Assembly (NCBI GenBank): GCA_964635045.1
Contig: CAZWMJ010000003.1
Coordinates: 12,011-76,010, forward strand
From: an uncultured Gammaproteobacteria bacterium
GTDB taxonomy: Bacteria; Patescibacteriota; Microgenomatia; Levybacterales; UBA12049
Direction: 5' to 3'
DNA length: 64,000 bases
Part shown: piece after piece, positions 1 to 10,431 of the stretch
Position numbering within the stretch: the stretch's first letter is position 1
Layout: each line of letters begins with the position of its first letter
Position numbers and translations under genes: made by a program
Notes under the pieces: generated by a model
Seen by the model: the letters and a program-made list of their open reading frames with translations, nothing else
Told to the model about the DNA's origin: nothing
The model's database searches: none

Positions 1-815
1 GCCACAACCACCTGTCAGCTTTACTGCTATTTGCCATCCCCATCGCCTTTTACTTTTTGAAAATCTATTGGCCAACCCCGCGTATTCGTTACTTGTTTCT
101 TGTTACTTGTTTCTTGTTACTTGTTAGTCTGTTTCTTACTTTAGGCCGCGCTTCGATGCTATCCCTGTTTATCGCTTCGATCATCGGTCTGTTGTTGGTG
201 AAACTAACTGTTAAACAGCGGATGGCGATAGCATTGACTATAGGAATTTTATTCACTCTTTTTGCTCTGCCGTTTGGCTTTGGCTTTGTCAAGAATAACT
301 TCCCCGCCAAAGCGAAAGTGGACATCGCAAGACAAGATATAAACAGGCCTTTGTACTGGAGGTGGGCGGTTAAGAATCTCACCTTCCATCCTTATTTTGG
401 CACGGGCCTTGATACTTTCGGCAAAGTCAGCAAAGTGTCCTCTTTTCTGGAGAAATCAACAGCTTTGCGCTCGGATCACGTTCACAACTTTTTCCTGCAA
501 ATGCTCTCCGACGCCGGCATTTTTGGCTTCCTAACCAGCACCATTCTTATCTCCTCCGTTCTATGGCAAGCGCTAAGAAAGTTCAAAGTTCAAAGTTCCC
601 CGGCCTCGCCAAGCGAAGCGGGGCGGGCAAAGTTGAAAGTTGAAGAACGAAGTTTTTATTTAGCTCTCTTTGTTGGCTTATTCGCTTCAACGCTTAACGC
701 TTTGGTTGACTACGACTGGCAGCTTCCCAGCGTATTTTTAATTTTCTGGATGATGGGGGGAATGCTCACTTCTGCCAGCCAAGACGTCTGGCCGCGAAGA
801 GAAGTAGAAGATTGA
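1..815 (+). CDS. O-antigen ligase/Wzy-like polytopic membrane protein, C-terminal part. The frame is open from base 1, so the gene is truncated by the window edge.
   Basis: Frame 3 is open from position 3 through the TTG at 57 to the stop at 815. The product has multiple TM helices. It contains in-frame heptamer repeat tracts at 88-126 and 577-652. Confidence 0.45.
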   Translation, partial: HNHLSALLLFAIPIAFYFLKIYWPTPRIRYLFLVTCFLLLVSLFLTLGRASMLSLFIASIIGLLLVKLTVKQRMAIALTIGILFTLFALPFGFGFVKNNFPAKAKVDIARQDINRPLYWRWAVKNLTFHPYFGTGLDTFGKVSKVSSFLEKSTALRSDHVHNFFLQMLSDAGIFGFLTSTILISSVLWQALRKFKVQSSPASPSEAGRAKLKVEERSFYLALFVGLFASTLNALVDYDWQLPSVFLIFWMMGGMLTSASQDVWPRREVED

Positions 816-1407
816 TTGGCAAGTAAACGAAAAACCCAAGCAGGCCTGTTACAAAAAATATTCGAAGCGAAGCCGGCTCAAATTGGTAAAAGTATGAAAA
901 ATAAAGACTGCAGCTGCCAACTCTTTCTCTTTGAATGCAGTTAATGTTTTCTGTACTGTCTGAAAAAATAAAGGAAAGCATGCCGATTATTAGTACATAA
1001 AAGGTCGCTCCAATCCAACCATGCGGATGAATCATGCGTGTCAAAAGAATTCCGGTAATAAGAGCAGGGATTATAGTAAGATGGTGCATGGTGACAACAA
1101 ATCTAAACGTGGGAAACGAGGGAGCGAAGGCGTAGGCGGCAACTTTGGTTGGGTCGCTTTGGAAAAAAATATTTCCCAAAAAACTCGGTATGTACATACC
1201 TTCCGGTATCAATAGAGCGCAGAACATAGCGGTAAGAAGGAAGCGGTTTCGTGTAAAAAGTCCAATTGTTGTTAAACCCAGTCCTGTTGAGGAAAGCCAG
1301 AAAATTCTTGATGGAGTGCCAAGAACAAATATCTTAAGGATGAAATCGGCAATCCAAAAAGCTCCCGTGACCAAACCAAGATAAAATAACGGGTCTTTCA
1401 GTTTCAT
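766..1407 (-). CDS. Polytopic membrane protein of unknown function
   Basis: A 213-aa ORF, strongly hydrophobic with at least 5 predicted TM helices. No recognisable catalytic motif. Confidence 0.35.
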   Translation of the reverse strand: MKLKDPLFYLGLVTGAFWIADFILKIFVLGTPSRIFWLSSTGLGLTTIGLFTRNRFLLTAMFCALLIPEGMYIPSFLGNIFFQSDPTKVAAYAFAPSFPTFRFVVTMHHLTIIPALITGILLTRMIHPHGWIGATFYVLIIGMLSFIFSDSTENINCIQRERVGSCSLYFSYFYQFEPASLRIFFVTGLLGFFVYLPINLLLLFAARRLGWQK

Positions 1408-1876
1408 TTTTTAATTGTACAACAAAAGTTTTTTCTTATCCATCCCGCGTTTATCGAATGGGCCACGGCCTTGAGTTTACCGAATGGGCTGGATTTTTTA
1501 GAAGCGGTCGAATATAATAGTAAATAGCAATCAATGTTTGAGTCAATAAAACAAATTTCTATACTTATTTCAAAAACTGACAAAATTTGGTTAATCCCAA
1601 TTTTACTTTTGCTTGTAATCATTGTGTTTTTAATTATAAGCGCGCAGATTACTCCCGTTCCAATATTTCTATACCCAATTATATGAGAAATACTATCCGC
1701 TGGATGAATCTGCTCTTTGTGTTAATCCTCTTGATTTTTTTTTACTTTGTTGTTGTCGGAATATCTTCAATAATTTACAGAATAGTAACTAATAGAAAAA
1801 ACAGGGAAAGCACTTCATACTGGAAAAACGCGAAAAAACAGATATTCAATAAAAAATATTTTGAATTTACCTACTG

Positions 1877-3565
1877 ATGTACATTTTAGGAATTTCTGCT
1901 TTTTACCATGATAGCGCTGCAGCGTTAATAAAAGATGGCCAAGTGATCTTTGCAGTAGAAGAAGAACGCTTTACAAGAATAAAACACGACAATGTGTTCC
2001 CTCTTCAGGCAATTAAAGCCTGTCTTTCGTACAAAAACCTATCGATTAATGACATTGCTTATATTGCTTATTATGAAAAACCGCTTCTCAAATTTGAAAG
2101 AATCCTGCAAACGTTTGTAGAAACGTATCCTTTTTCTCTCAAATTGTTCTTAAAATCGATCCCTGAATGGATTGGTGAGAAAATTAAAGTACAGCATATA
2201 CTTAGAAAAAAAGTTGGCTACAAAGGAAAGGTGTTTTTTATACCGCATCATTTATCCCATGCAGCTGCAGCCTTTTACTCCTCGCCTTTCAAGGAATCGG
2301 CAATTATTACAATTGATGCTATAGGTGAATATCAAACTACCGCCTTATGGCAAGCTAAAAATAATGACATCATGCTTCTTAAATCAATGAGCTTTCCCCA
2401 TTCCCTAGGTCTTCTATATTCAACCTTTACGGCGTTTTTGGGTTTTCGAGTTAACGAAGATGAGTATAAAGTAATGGGGCTTTCTGCTTATGGTAAGGCT
2501 ACATACAAAGATAAAATGCATCGAATCATTAATATGAAAAATGATGGAAGTTTTCATCTCGATATGAAGTATTTTTCGTTTCGGGAAAGCTTCCAAATGT
2601 GGAGCAAAAAATTTGAAAAATTATTTGGTAGACCTCGAAAACCCGATGATATAATCAGCCAGCGAGACAAAAATCTTGCAGCAAGCATTCAACAAGCAAT
2701 AGAAGAAGTTTATTTCAAAATTCTCAATTATCTTTATGGTTTAACCAAATCTCAAAATCTATGCATGGGCGGCGGTGTTGCGCTCAACGCATTAGTAAAC
2801 GGCAAAATATACAAAAAGACCCTATTTAAACATGTGTATGTTTTTGGTGCAGCTGGAGACAGTGGAGGAGCAATTGGTGCTGGGCTTTTTACATACCATA
2901 GTATTTTGGGATACACCAAGAGAATACAAATAAACAATTTATATTTTGGTTCTTCATATGGCAATGATGAAATTGAAGCTATTTTCAGAAATTATAACAT
3001 TCGATATCAAAGAATCGATAACGAAGATGAGCTTTTGGATAAGGTGGTTTCGTTACTGAGTCACGGAAATATACTTGGGTGGTTTCAAGGTCGGATGGAA
3101 TTTGGACCGCGAGCTCTCGGTGCTCGATCAATTATAGCCAAACCAAACCCGCGTTTTATGAAAGATAAAGTAAACAAGATAAAAATACGGGAGCTTTTCC
3201 GACCGTTTGCCGGTTCTATTCTGCAAGAGAACGTACATGAATACTTTGATGTCCCTGAAAAATATCATTCCTCGCCTTTTATGACTTTTTGCTTTCCAGT
3301 AAAGAAAGAAAAATCTGTACAATTAGCAGCTCTTGTACATAGAGACAGAACTTGCAGGATTCAGACAGTAACTAATGAAAATGGCCGATATTACAGACTA
3401 ATCAAAAAATTTTATGAACGTACTGGTATTGCCTGCATCCTAAATACCAGCTTTAATCTTAAGGGAGAGCCAATTGTAGAAAATCCAGAACAAGCTATTG
3501 AAGATTTCTTAAAAACTGATATAGATAACCTCGTTATTGGTAATTTAGTTGCTCAAAAACGTTAA
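1877..3565 (+). CDS. Carbamoyltransferase, NodU/CmcH/TobZ family
   Basis: The N-terminus MYILGISAFYHDSAAALIKDGQVIFAVEEERFTRIKHD is the typical Kae1/YgjD-like carbamoyltransferase start. Length 562 aa; HHLSHAAAAFYSSPF motif present. Confidence 0.85.
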   Translation: MYILGISAFYHDSAAALIKDGQVIFAVEEERFTRIKHDNVFPLQAIKACLSYKNLSINDIAYIAYYEKPLLKFERILQTFVETYPFSLKLFLKSIPEWIGEKIKVQHILRKKVGYKGKVFFIPHHLSHAAAAFYSSPFKESAIITIDAIGEYQTTALWQAKNNDIMLLKSMSFPHSLGLLYSTFTAFLGFRVNEDEYKVMGLSAYGKATYKDKMHRIINMKNDGSFHLDMKYFSFRESFQMWSKKFEKLFGRPRKPDDIISQRDKNLAASIQQAIEEVYFKILNYLYGLTKSQNLCMGGGVALNALVNGKIYKKTLFKHVYVFGAAGDSGGAIGAGLFTYHSILGYTKRIQINNLYFGSSYGNDEIEAIFRNYNIRYQRIDNEDELLDKVVSLLSHGNILGWFQGRMEFGPRALGARSIIAKPNPRFMKDKVNKIKIRELFRPFAGSILQENVHEYFDVPEKYHSSPFMTFCFPVKKEKSVQLAALVHRDRTCRIQTVTNENGRYYRLIKKFYERTGIACILNTSFNLKGEPIVENPEQAIEDFLKTDIDNLVIGNLVAQKR

Positions 3566-4560
3566 TTACAAGGAATCAAGTTAGTACTAGTCAAATAGTC
3601 AAAAATTTCATTGGCAAATAGTCTGTATCCTGCTTCGTTTGGATGCCAGTCTGGAAATGCCGTATCGGGTTTTATCAATTTTGGTAGCTGTCCATAAAAA
3701 TACACATTTGTATGTTCTCCAACAAATTTTTCTACGAGTTTTTTTTGGTGTTCATTAAACGCTTGAGGACTACCAGAAGGAGTACCTAGGATAACAAGAA
3801 TATTTTTATACATCCTGCGCAATGATTCCATAGCAGAGTACTGATACTGCAGTATTTTATCTTCTCCATATTGTTCTTCTAAATCACTTGCTGTTTTTGC
3901 GTTATAAGGATAAAAATTATCTCTATTCTGGTATTCTTCTAATTGTCCATTTTGTTCCATCTGTTTTCGGTATATTTTAGATTTTTCTAAATCTTGATCT
4001 AGTATGTGTCTAAAATCATCATTCTTTAATAGCCATAAAATTACATCTGGATTATATTTAAGACCTCGTTTTTTGAATCGTGTTATCGCATATTCAATAT
4101 CATACCCTCCCACTCCTAGATTTATCACTTCAAATTTTTTGATATTTTTGCATTGCAGTCTGCTGTTCAATAAATCTTCAAGTTTTTCTGGATAATTATC
4201 CTTTGTATTGACATATAGACCATATGTGAAAGAATCGCCGAGGGTAAGTATTCTAAACGTGTTTTGTGCTTTTTCAACCGAATATTCGTACCGCTCATTT
4301 AAACCTTCTGCATTTATAGTTATTTCATACTTATAGTCATCCGGTAACCAGGACGGTTTGTTGTTGATATTTCTGTTCGGTTTAAATTCATAAAAATATT
4401 TGAGATCGCCGTCTTCTGAAAAAATGAGATCGGTTTTCATTATTGGATTTATCCTCGTTGTGCTAAGGACATCTTTTGACTTCCTATACATGTTAAATCC
4501 AATCAAGGCAATCATTATCAGTTCAGTTGCAATAAAAAGTAAAATAAATTTCTTTTTCAT
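3562..4560 (-). CDS. SGNH/GDSL-family hydrolase with N-terminal membrane anchor
   Basis: GDSFTYG block (ILTLGDSFTYG) and an N-terminal TM helix. 4-nt overlap with the convergent upstream gene. Confidence 0.6.
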   Translation of the reverse strand: MKKKFILLFIATELIMIALIGFNMYRKSKDVLSTTRINPIMKTDLIFSEDGDLKYFYEFKPNRNINNKPSWLPDDYKYEITINAEGLNERYEYSVEKAQNTFRILTLGDSFTYGLYVNTKDNYPEKLEDLLNSRLQCKNIKKFEVINLGVGGYDIEYAITRFKKRGLKYNPDVILWLLKNDDFRHILDQDLEKSKIYRKQMEQNGQLEEYQNRDNFYPYNAKTASDLEEQYGEDKILQYQYSAMESLRRMYKNILVILGTPSGSPQAFNEHQKKLVEKFVGEHTNVYFYGQLPKLIKPDTAFPDWHPNEAGYRLFANEIFDYLTSTNLIPCN

Positions 4561-4729
4561 ATCTCATTTCTAATTATCCACTCTGAAAAAGGAGGAATAA
4601 GCTAGAAAGATCTTACTGTCTTTATCACTATAAATATGGTTTATGTACGATTCTCGGTTTTAAGACTTATATTTTTTGCATTATTTGAAAATAGGTTGTT
4701 CGCTTTTTGTGGCAAAAAGCAAGTAAATA

Positions 4730-5620
4730 CTAATCTTTTTTGAATCTCTGTATAACTCCTGATATCTCAAAGATAATAATTGCAAGGAGGAGTACGAATG
4801 GCAGTCGTATGAAGTCAATGCATCTCTTCTTTTTAAGAAGATACACGTTTATATTAATATAGGTTTTTGTGTGTTTCAGGAGAGTTGAATGATAAAAATG
4901 AAATCTCAAGTTTGGCCATCGCCGTTTTAGAACAATCGGTACTGCTCCATTACGGTATCTCTGCAGAAGAAAATCTTTTAGGTTTTTCCTTTCCTTATGA
5001 AACACGAGAATATCTTTATCAAACAAAATTACCCCCTTTTTTGTAAAAATTTGAGCGGCGACATCCATATCGTCTCCCGTATACCGTATTGTTTCATGAA
5101 ATGAGATTTCCATGTGCTCCAAGAAAATTTTTTTTATTGAGGCGTTATCTGTTCCTAAGTAAAGAATGCCGCTCGGTGTAACTCTGCTCATAGTTATCCG
5201 AACCTCTCTTTGCTTTTGTAAAATTAAAGAGTAGAGGCTCTCTTTTGGAATACTTATGACACGTCCTTGAATAGCAACTGCATGTGGATGTTTTAGATGA
5301 GAAGCAATAGTATTTTTAATCCAATTACGGGTAGCAACACAATCATCATCGGTTATAAGGAGTACATCGCCTTTTGCAAGTGCAATTCCAGCGTTTCTCG
5401 ATATAGAAATACTCACGATCGGTTGGTACAAATAGCGCAGATTTAATGTTTTAGAAAATTTCTCAACGACTTCTTTTGTTTCATCTACAGAAGCGTTATC
5501 TATGATAATCACTTCTGATGGTAACACAGACTGTTTTTCTATCGAACGCAAGCAGTTAACTAAGCTCTTGGCACGGTTGCGGGTAATTATGATTACTGAC
5601 GTTGTCACAGTTTTTCTCAA
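4730..5620 (-). CDS. Family 2 glycosyltransferase
   Basis: N-terminal VIIITRNRAKSL...IIIDNASVDET...LITDDDC are GT2 DxD-type motifs. Confidence 0.75.
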   Translation of the reverse strand: MRKTVTTSVIIITRNRAKSLVNCLRSIEKQSVLPSEVIIIDNASVDETKEVVEKFSKTLNLRYLYQPIVSISISRNAGIALAKGDVLLITDDDCVATRNWIKNTIASHLKHPHAVAIQGRVISIPKESLYSLILQKQREVRITMSRVTPSGILYLGTDNASIKKIFLEHMEISFHETIRYTGDDMDVAAQIFTKKGVILFDKDILVFHKERKNLKDFLLQRYRNGAVPIVLKRRWPNLRFHFYHSTLLKHTKTYININVYLLKKKRCIDFIRLPFVLLLAIIIFEISGVIQRFKKD

Positions 5621-5652
5621 AGTAGATAGAGTATATCATCATTCCCTAAAAC

Positions 5653-7668
5653 ATGGTAGAATCAGTAAAAATGATTAAGAGAGTTATTTTTATTCTTGCT
5701 GATACTCTGCGGGCAAAACATGTTGGTTTATATGGGAAAAATCCTTCCCCAACCCCAAATATAGATAGACTAGGAAAAAAGGGCGTGGTCTTTACAAATA
5801 CATATTGCTCTAGCACCTGCACAGATCCTTCCATTACGTCGATTATGGCAGGCAAATATCCTCTTTCTGTACAACTCGTAAATCATGGAAGATACGTGAC
5901 GCTTGATGAAGAGGAACAGGTGGCAAAAGTCCCCCTCCTTCCAGAGATTCTCAAATCGCATAGATATAAAACTGCCGCTATTGACTGGTTGGGAAGATGG
6001 CATAAAAGGGGATACGATTATTATAGTGGAAGAATCAACAAAGATTTTGATGAAGAGTATCCCATTTTTGATCGGCTTCCATTCCCTCTTTTTATAAGAG
6101 CTTTTGATAAACTACTAGTCAAAAACTTTAACCGAGTATTCTTAACTCGATGGTATTACTCCTTCTTAGCAAATCCAAAAATTCCTTATGATACTGCAAA
6201 TATTATTATCGATAAAGCAGTAGAAATATTGGAAAAAAGCCGGCAAAAACCATTTTTTCTCTATCTCCATTTCTGGGATATTCATACTCCTCACATAAGA
6301 CCTAGGGGACTCAGATCGTATCTTTTTGATAGTGTCGAACAAACGTATACTGCGGAAATTAAGTTTTTAGATGGGGAAATTGGGAGATTAGTAGCTTATC
6401 TGGATAAAACAAACCAAATAGACGATACGCTTATCGTTTTAACAGCTGACCATGGAGAAAATTTTTTTGAGCATGATATGCCCCTACATCACGAAAACCT
6501 TTATGAGGATGTCGTGCGGGTGCCTCTGTTTTTTTACTACCATCCCCTTGGAAGGAAAAGAGTAGATACATTAGTTCAGCAAGTGGACATTATGCCAACA
6601 GTCCTTGCCATACTCGGTTTTCCTATTCCTGCTAATATTGATGGGAAGAGTCTCTTACCTCTCATACGAAGTACAAAGAAAAAGATACGAGATTTCGCCT
6701 ATTTCGAAGACATTACGTATAGGAGGCTTCGTTTTATGCGTAACACAAGGCGACGAGGTATCCGCATAGGCCAACATAAGTATATAGAAACATTAAGTGG
6801 CGCTAACGGAGAACTTTATCAAATTACTCCACGAGAAGATTTGTTTCATGTTAAGGAAGAGTTGTACAATCTTCAAACAGATTCTTTGGAGAGGAAGAAT
6901 ATTATAAGGGAAAAAACATATATTGCAAAAAAACTTAGAGAAAAATTGCATGGGAAAATTTTGGAATTGAACAGAAAACGCTTGCGAAATAATCCTGACC
7001 TTAATAAAAAGGTTGAAAGGAGCCTTCAAGTAATTAGGAAAGCGGTAAAACGGTTTAAGGGAAAAGAAATCGCTCTTGCCTGGACCGGCGGGAAGGATTC
7101 TACCGCTCTTCTTCATCTTGCGCGCTTAGCTTTTGACGGCAAAATTCCTTTTAAGGTAATTTTTAATGACTCCACCATGGAGTTTGAAGAAATTTATCGG
7201 TTTATTGAAAAAATATCCAGGCTTTGGGGCATCAAAGTAATTACCATTAAACATTCGGACAAAGAACTGGCGGAATTTCACAATACCCGCGACCGTGAGA
7301 AGAAAAAAGAACTGTCAAGAATTATGAAAATTACCGCCATTAACAGCGCCTTAAAAAAATATAAACTAAAAGGATTTATGGCGGGTATCCGCTGGGACGA
7401 ACATGAAAGCAGGTCCAAAGAAAAATATTTCTCTCCAAGATCGGATCATATACGAATTCATCCTCTTCTTCATTTTACCGAAAGTGATATTTGGGAATAC
7501 ATCAAGTTTTTCGGCGTTCCCTTTGTTGATCTTTATTCGAAAGGCTATCGTTCTTTGGGAGAAAAACCCTTTACTCACAAGGCCGCGCCCGGACAAGGGG
7601 AGAGATCGGGCAGAGAACGCGATAAAGAACAGCTGATGCAGAGACTGCGGAAGATGGGCTACTGGTAG
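5653..7668 (+). CDS. Fusion protein: N-terminal sulfatase/alkaline-phosphatase-superfamily domain plus C-terminal PAPS-reductase/PP-loop (CysH/CysD-like) domain
   Basis: N-domain: ILADTLRAKHVGLYG...TPNIDRLGKKGVVFTNTYC..CTDPSITSIMAGKYP and DHGENFFEHD...VRVPLFFY, which are sulfatase-family blocks. C-domain (about 7030-7668): KGKEIALAWTGGKDSTALLHLARLAF, a PP-loop SGGKDS-type motif of the PAPS-reductase family. Confidence 0.7.
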   Translation: MVESVKMIKRVIFILADTLRAKHVGLYGKNPSPTPNIDRLGKKGVVFTNTYCSSTCTDPSITSIMAGKYPLSVQLVNHGRYVTLDEEEQVAKVPLLPEILKSHRYKTAAIDWLGRWHKRGYDYYSGRINKDFDEEYPIFDRLPFPLFIRAFDKLLVKNFNRVFLTRWYYSFLANPKIPYDTANIIIDKAVEILEKSRQKPFFLYLHFWDIHTPHIRPRGLRSYLFDSVEQTYTAEIKFLDGEIGRLVAYLDKTNQIDDTLIVLTADHGENFFEHDMPLHHENLYEDVVRVPLFFYYHPLGRKRVDTLVQQVDIMPTVLAILGFPIPANIDGKSLLPLIRSTKKKIRDFAYFEDITYRRLRFMRNTRRRGIRIGQHKYIETLSGANGELYQITPREDLFHVKEELYNLQTDSLERKNIIREKTYIAKKLREKLHGKILELNRKRLRNNPDLNKKVERSLQVIRKAVKRFKGKEIALAWTGGKDSTALLHLARLAFDGKIPFKVIFNDSTMEFEEIYRFIEKISRLWGIKVITIKHSDKELAEFHNTRDREKKKELSRIMKITAINSALKKYKLKGFMAGIRWDEHESRSKEKYFSPRSDHIRIHPLLHFTESDIWEYIKFFGVPFVDLYSKGYRSLGEKPFTHKAAPGQGERSGRERDKEQLMQRLRKMGYW

Positions 7669-9131
7669 GAAGAGGTTTTTCTATGTTGGGAAAGTATATT
7701 GATGAGAAGCCCTACTAGAAAAAAGAAAAGTAATCCAACACGATCAGTAAATAATCGTGGTTCCCATACGCCTCGAGTTACGAATGTAAGGAAGCAAACG
7801 AATAGTCCAATAGCAAGAAGCTTATGTTCACCTCTTAATGATCGTATTCCTTTCATAAAGTTCCGCATAATTTCAGCTATGATAGCCAATAAGAGTAATA
7901 GACCGAAAAACCCTAGTTCACTTGTGACTAAAAGATAAGTATTATGAACGGATGCTGGAAACCGTTGTGAAAGAAGATCATCTGTAAAATCATATGTAGT
8001 AAAAAAGATTGGGAAATTACCTCCTCCAATACCCAATAAAGGTGCGTATTGAATTGTATATTGGGCCTGTCTAATTAACTCTATTCTTACATTTAAACTC
8101 TCGTCATCCAAGGAAAAATTGACAAATCTATTAATAATAAATGGATTAAACAATGTTAATGTCATAAGAATAAATAACCAGATGATAAATTTTCTAACCG
8201 CCCCTTCCCAAAAGACCTTATGGGGTCTATTAATTCTTATTATGAGTACAAAAGTAATAAGTATGGAAAATATAGCTATTGCTGCCCCCCATCGAGATAA
8301 TGTAGCGATAATTATCATAACGCCAGCTATAGAGCCCATGATTGAGATAAGTCTTAGTGTAATATTCTGGTGAAATATCATTACAATGCTAACAGGTAAG
8401 AGAATACCAATATAAGCACTTAAAAGATTTGGATGTGAAAATGTGCCAATTGTTCTGAAGTATGGGTTGTCATTTATATATATCAAACTTCGTATAGAGA
8501 GTATAGTTTCTGCATTCTCGATTGGAATTCCAATCAAGCCGCCTTTTACGAATTGCATAGCTGTTATGATTGCTTCAAATACTATTGTACCTACAAGTGC
8601 ATAGATAATACCTCGGAGATCTTTTTGCGCCAGTGTTAGACGCGAGAATACGAGATATACCATAAGACCGTAGATTAGTTTTAACAACCATACGAGTGAT
8701 GCTTGAATGTTAAAACTAAAGATCGTGGATAATTCTGCGAGTGCAAGGAACAGGAAAAGTAGAATCTCAAGTCTCACTGCAAGAAAAGTACTTTTACGTT
8801 TGTAGTATTGATAGATAAGTATCATAATTAGTGGTAAGAAAAGTATGATAGATAACGAGATATTGATTCCAAATTGTCTATTGTTTAATACGCTTGCGGA
8901 GTCAAGCCTTGGGGTGGTAACGGTTGTCAGCTGCAAATCAGATTCAGTTGGTCCTATAGGTAATGCTAAAACAAACAAAAATATCAATATTAATTTCCAG
9001 GGGAGTTTTTTTAAGGATAAAATAAGAGAACTGGACTGGAAAAGTCTGAAAAGATGAAATGAGGAAACAGAATTAAGCAGTTTGTTAGACAGCTTGAAAA
9101 ATGAATTGATCAGCAGACTTTGATTATCCAT
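7659..9131 (-). CDS. O-antigen ligase (Wzy_C)-family polytopic membrane protein
   Basis: 490 aa with about 10-12 TM helices and a central periplasmic loop containing ...RWGAAIAIFSIL..., typical of O-antigen ligase/polymerase family. Confidence 0.6.
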   Translation of the reverse strand: MDNQSLLINSFFKLSNKLLNSVSSFHLFRLFQSSSLILSLKKLPWKLILIFLFVLALPIGPTESDLQLTTVTTPRLDSASVLNNRQFGINISLSIILFLPLIMILIYQYYKRKSTFLAVRLEILLFLFLALAELSTIFSFNIQASLVWLLKLIYGLMVYLVFSRLTLAQKDLRGIIYALVGTIVFEAIITAMQFVKGGLIGIPIENAETILSIRSLIYINDNPYFRTIGTFSHPNLLSAYIGILLPVSIVMIFHQNITLRLISIMGSIAGVMIIIATLSRWGAAIAIFSILITFVLIIRINRPHKVFWEGAVRKFIIWLFILMTLTLFNPFIINRFVNFSLDDESLNVRIELIRQAQYTIQYAPLLGIGGGNFPIFFTTYDFTDDLLSQRFPASVHNTYLLVTSELGFFGLLLLLAIIAEIMRNFMKGIRSLRGEHKLLAIGLFVCFLTFVTRGVWEPRLFTDRVGLLFFFLVGLLINILSQHRKTSSYQ

Positions 9132-9141
9132 TCGTAATTGC

Positions 9142-9915
9142 TCATTCTATATTCGCTATGAGAGCGTTTTTTACTTTGGTCTGGCCGATATTGAAAGAGA
9201 CGGTTTCGCCCGCAATCAGTCTTTTGTTTTTCTGGAATATCCACTCATTTTCAAACGCGCGTACTTGCATTTTTACCTTGAGAGTAAGGTCTGTTTTTCT
9301 GGGATCGGTTCTAAGCAGAGTTTCTCCACCGGCGGTGGTGACGGTTATTTCGGCCGGTTTTACTTCTTTTTCCAGCAGCTCAACAATTTTTTCTCCATTT
9401 TGATTCACCTCGCCGTCGCCCGCTTTAAGACTTTCGGCAAACCACGGCCATTGATCGTACAGTTTTGCGGTAATAATTTTGGTCTGAGTTGCCGCCTGAG
9501 AACCAATATTTTTCATTTCCAAGATTTTTCCCTGAATAATTCCCGAGTTAAATCTAAGCTCAATGGGAGAGCCTATTTTGATAATTTTATTTTTGTATTC
9601 CAAATCGCCGCTTCGATTGTTCACTTTGGCCAGAATTTTTGCCCGGATAAACAGGTCTTTGTTGGAGATTGGATTGTCGGGAGTGTCAAAGATGTCAATA
9701 TCTAAAAGTTGGGCAATCTTTTCGCCGGTTGGACTTTTCTCAATATCTCCTTTTTGCAAAGAATTGGCTTGATAAATAGTTACATTTTGGGTCAGTACAG
9801 AAATGTCGGTCCATTGCTCCTGCGGATTGAAAAACTTAAAAAGAATCACGCCCGCCAAGATGACGACGATGATAATGAGGTAGTCAAGCGGCCGCAGTTT
9901 TTTGACGAAGTTCAT
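9142..9915 (-). CDS. Hypothetical N-terminally membrane-anchored protein
   Basis: 257-aa ORF with a single N-terminal TM helix (LIIIVVILAGVILF) and a soluble domain. No identifiable motifs. Confidence 0.4.
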   Translation of the reverse strand: MNFVKKLRPLDYLIIIVVILAGVILFKFFNPQEQWTDISVLTQNVTIYQANSLQKGDIEKSPTGEKIAQLLDIDIFDTPDNPISNKDLFIRAKILAKVNNRSGDLEYKNKIIKIGSPIELRFNSGIIQGKILEMKNIGSQAATQTKIITAKLYDQWPWFAESLKAGDGEVNQNGEKIVELLEKEVKPAEITVTTAGGETLLRTDPRKTDLTLKVKMQVRAFENEWIFQKNKRLIAGETVSFNIGQTKVKNALIANIE

Positions 9916-9956
9916 GCTATTTTTGGTTTACCACGTCTAATCACGTCAGATGTGGT

Positions 9957-10382
9957 TTAACGTGGTTTTAATATCTTGACTGAAAAGACCGTGTCATTCC
10001 AGGCTCTTTTTTTAAGAAGGTAGGGGATGGTGATTTCCACTTTTTGATTAGTCATCAAGGCGGAGTTTGTGGCGACTTTTGTTTTGGAGGAGATTTTTGT
10101 TTTGTCTGTCACGATAAATTTGGGAATATTCGCTCCTTTAATATCGGTGATTAATTCTGTCCCTTTGGGATTTTTCCGTATTTCTTTGATGGTTGCGGAA
10201 AAGGTGTAGAAGGCGCTTACGGACTTGATTGACTTGTTTGACGGGAGAATCGGCAGAAGTTCGCTGATATACTGGACGTTTGATTTTGGTTTGTTCGCGC
10301 CTACTTTCAAAAAAGACCAGCCGGCCACAGATAAAACAATTAGTACAATCAAAACAATAAGCAAATTGTAGGAGTTTTTCAT
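9957..10382 (-). CDS. Hypothetical small membrane-anchored protein
   Basis: 141 aa with an N-terminal TM helix. Compact spacing with neighbours. Confidence 0.35.
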   Translation of the reverse strand: MKNSYNLLIVLIVLIVLSVAGWSFLKVGANKPKSNVQYISELLPILPSNKSIKSVSAFYTFSATIKEIRKNPKGTELITDIKGANIPKFIVTDKTKISSKTKVATNSALMTNQKVEITIPYLLKKRAWNDTVFSVKILKPR

Positions 10383-10431
10383 AAATATCTAAAATTATTA
10401 TGGCACAAAAATCGCCATTGTCAAAGGGTAT

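Noticed and set aside
1587-1877. 96-aa ORF upstream of the carbamoyltransferase
   Set aside because: It is AT-rich and hydrophobic but has no supporting features and ends exactly at the next gene's start. It was left unannotated as possibly spurious.
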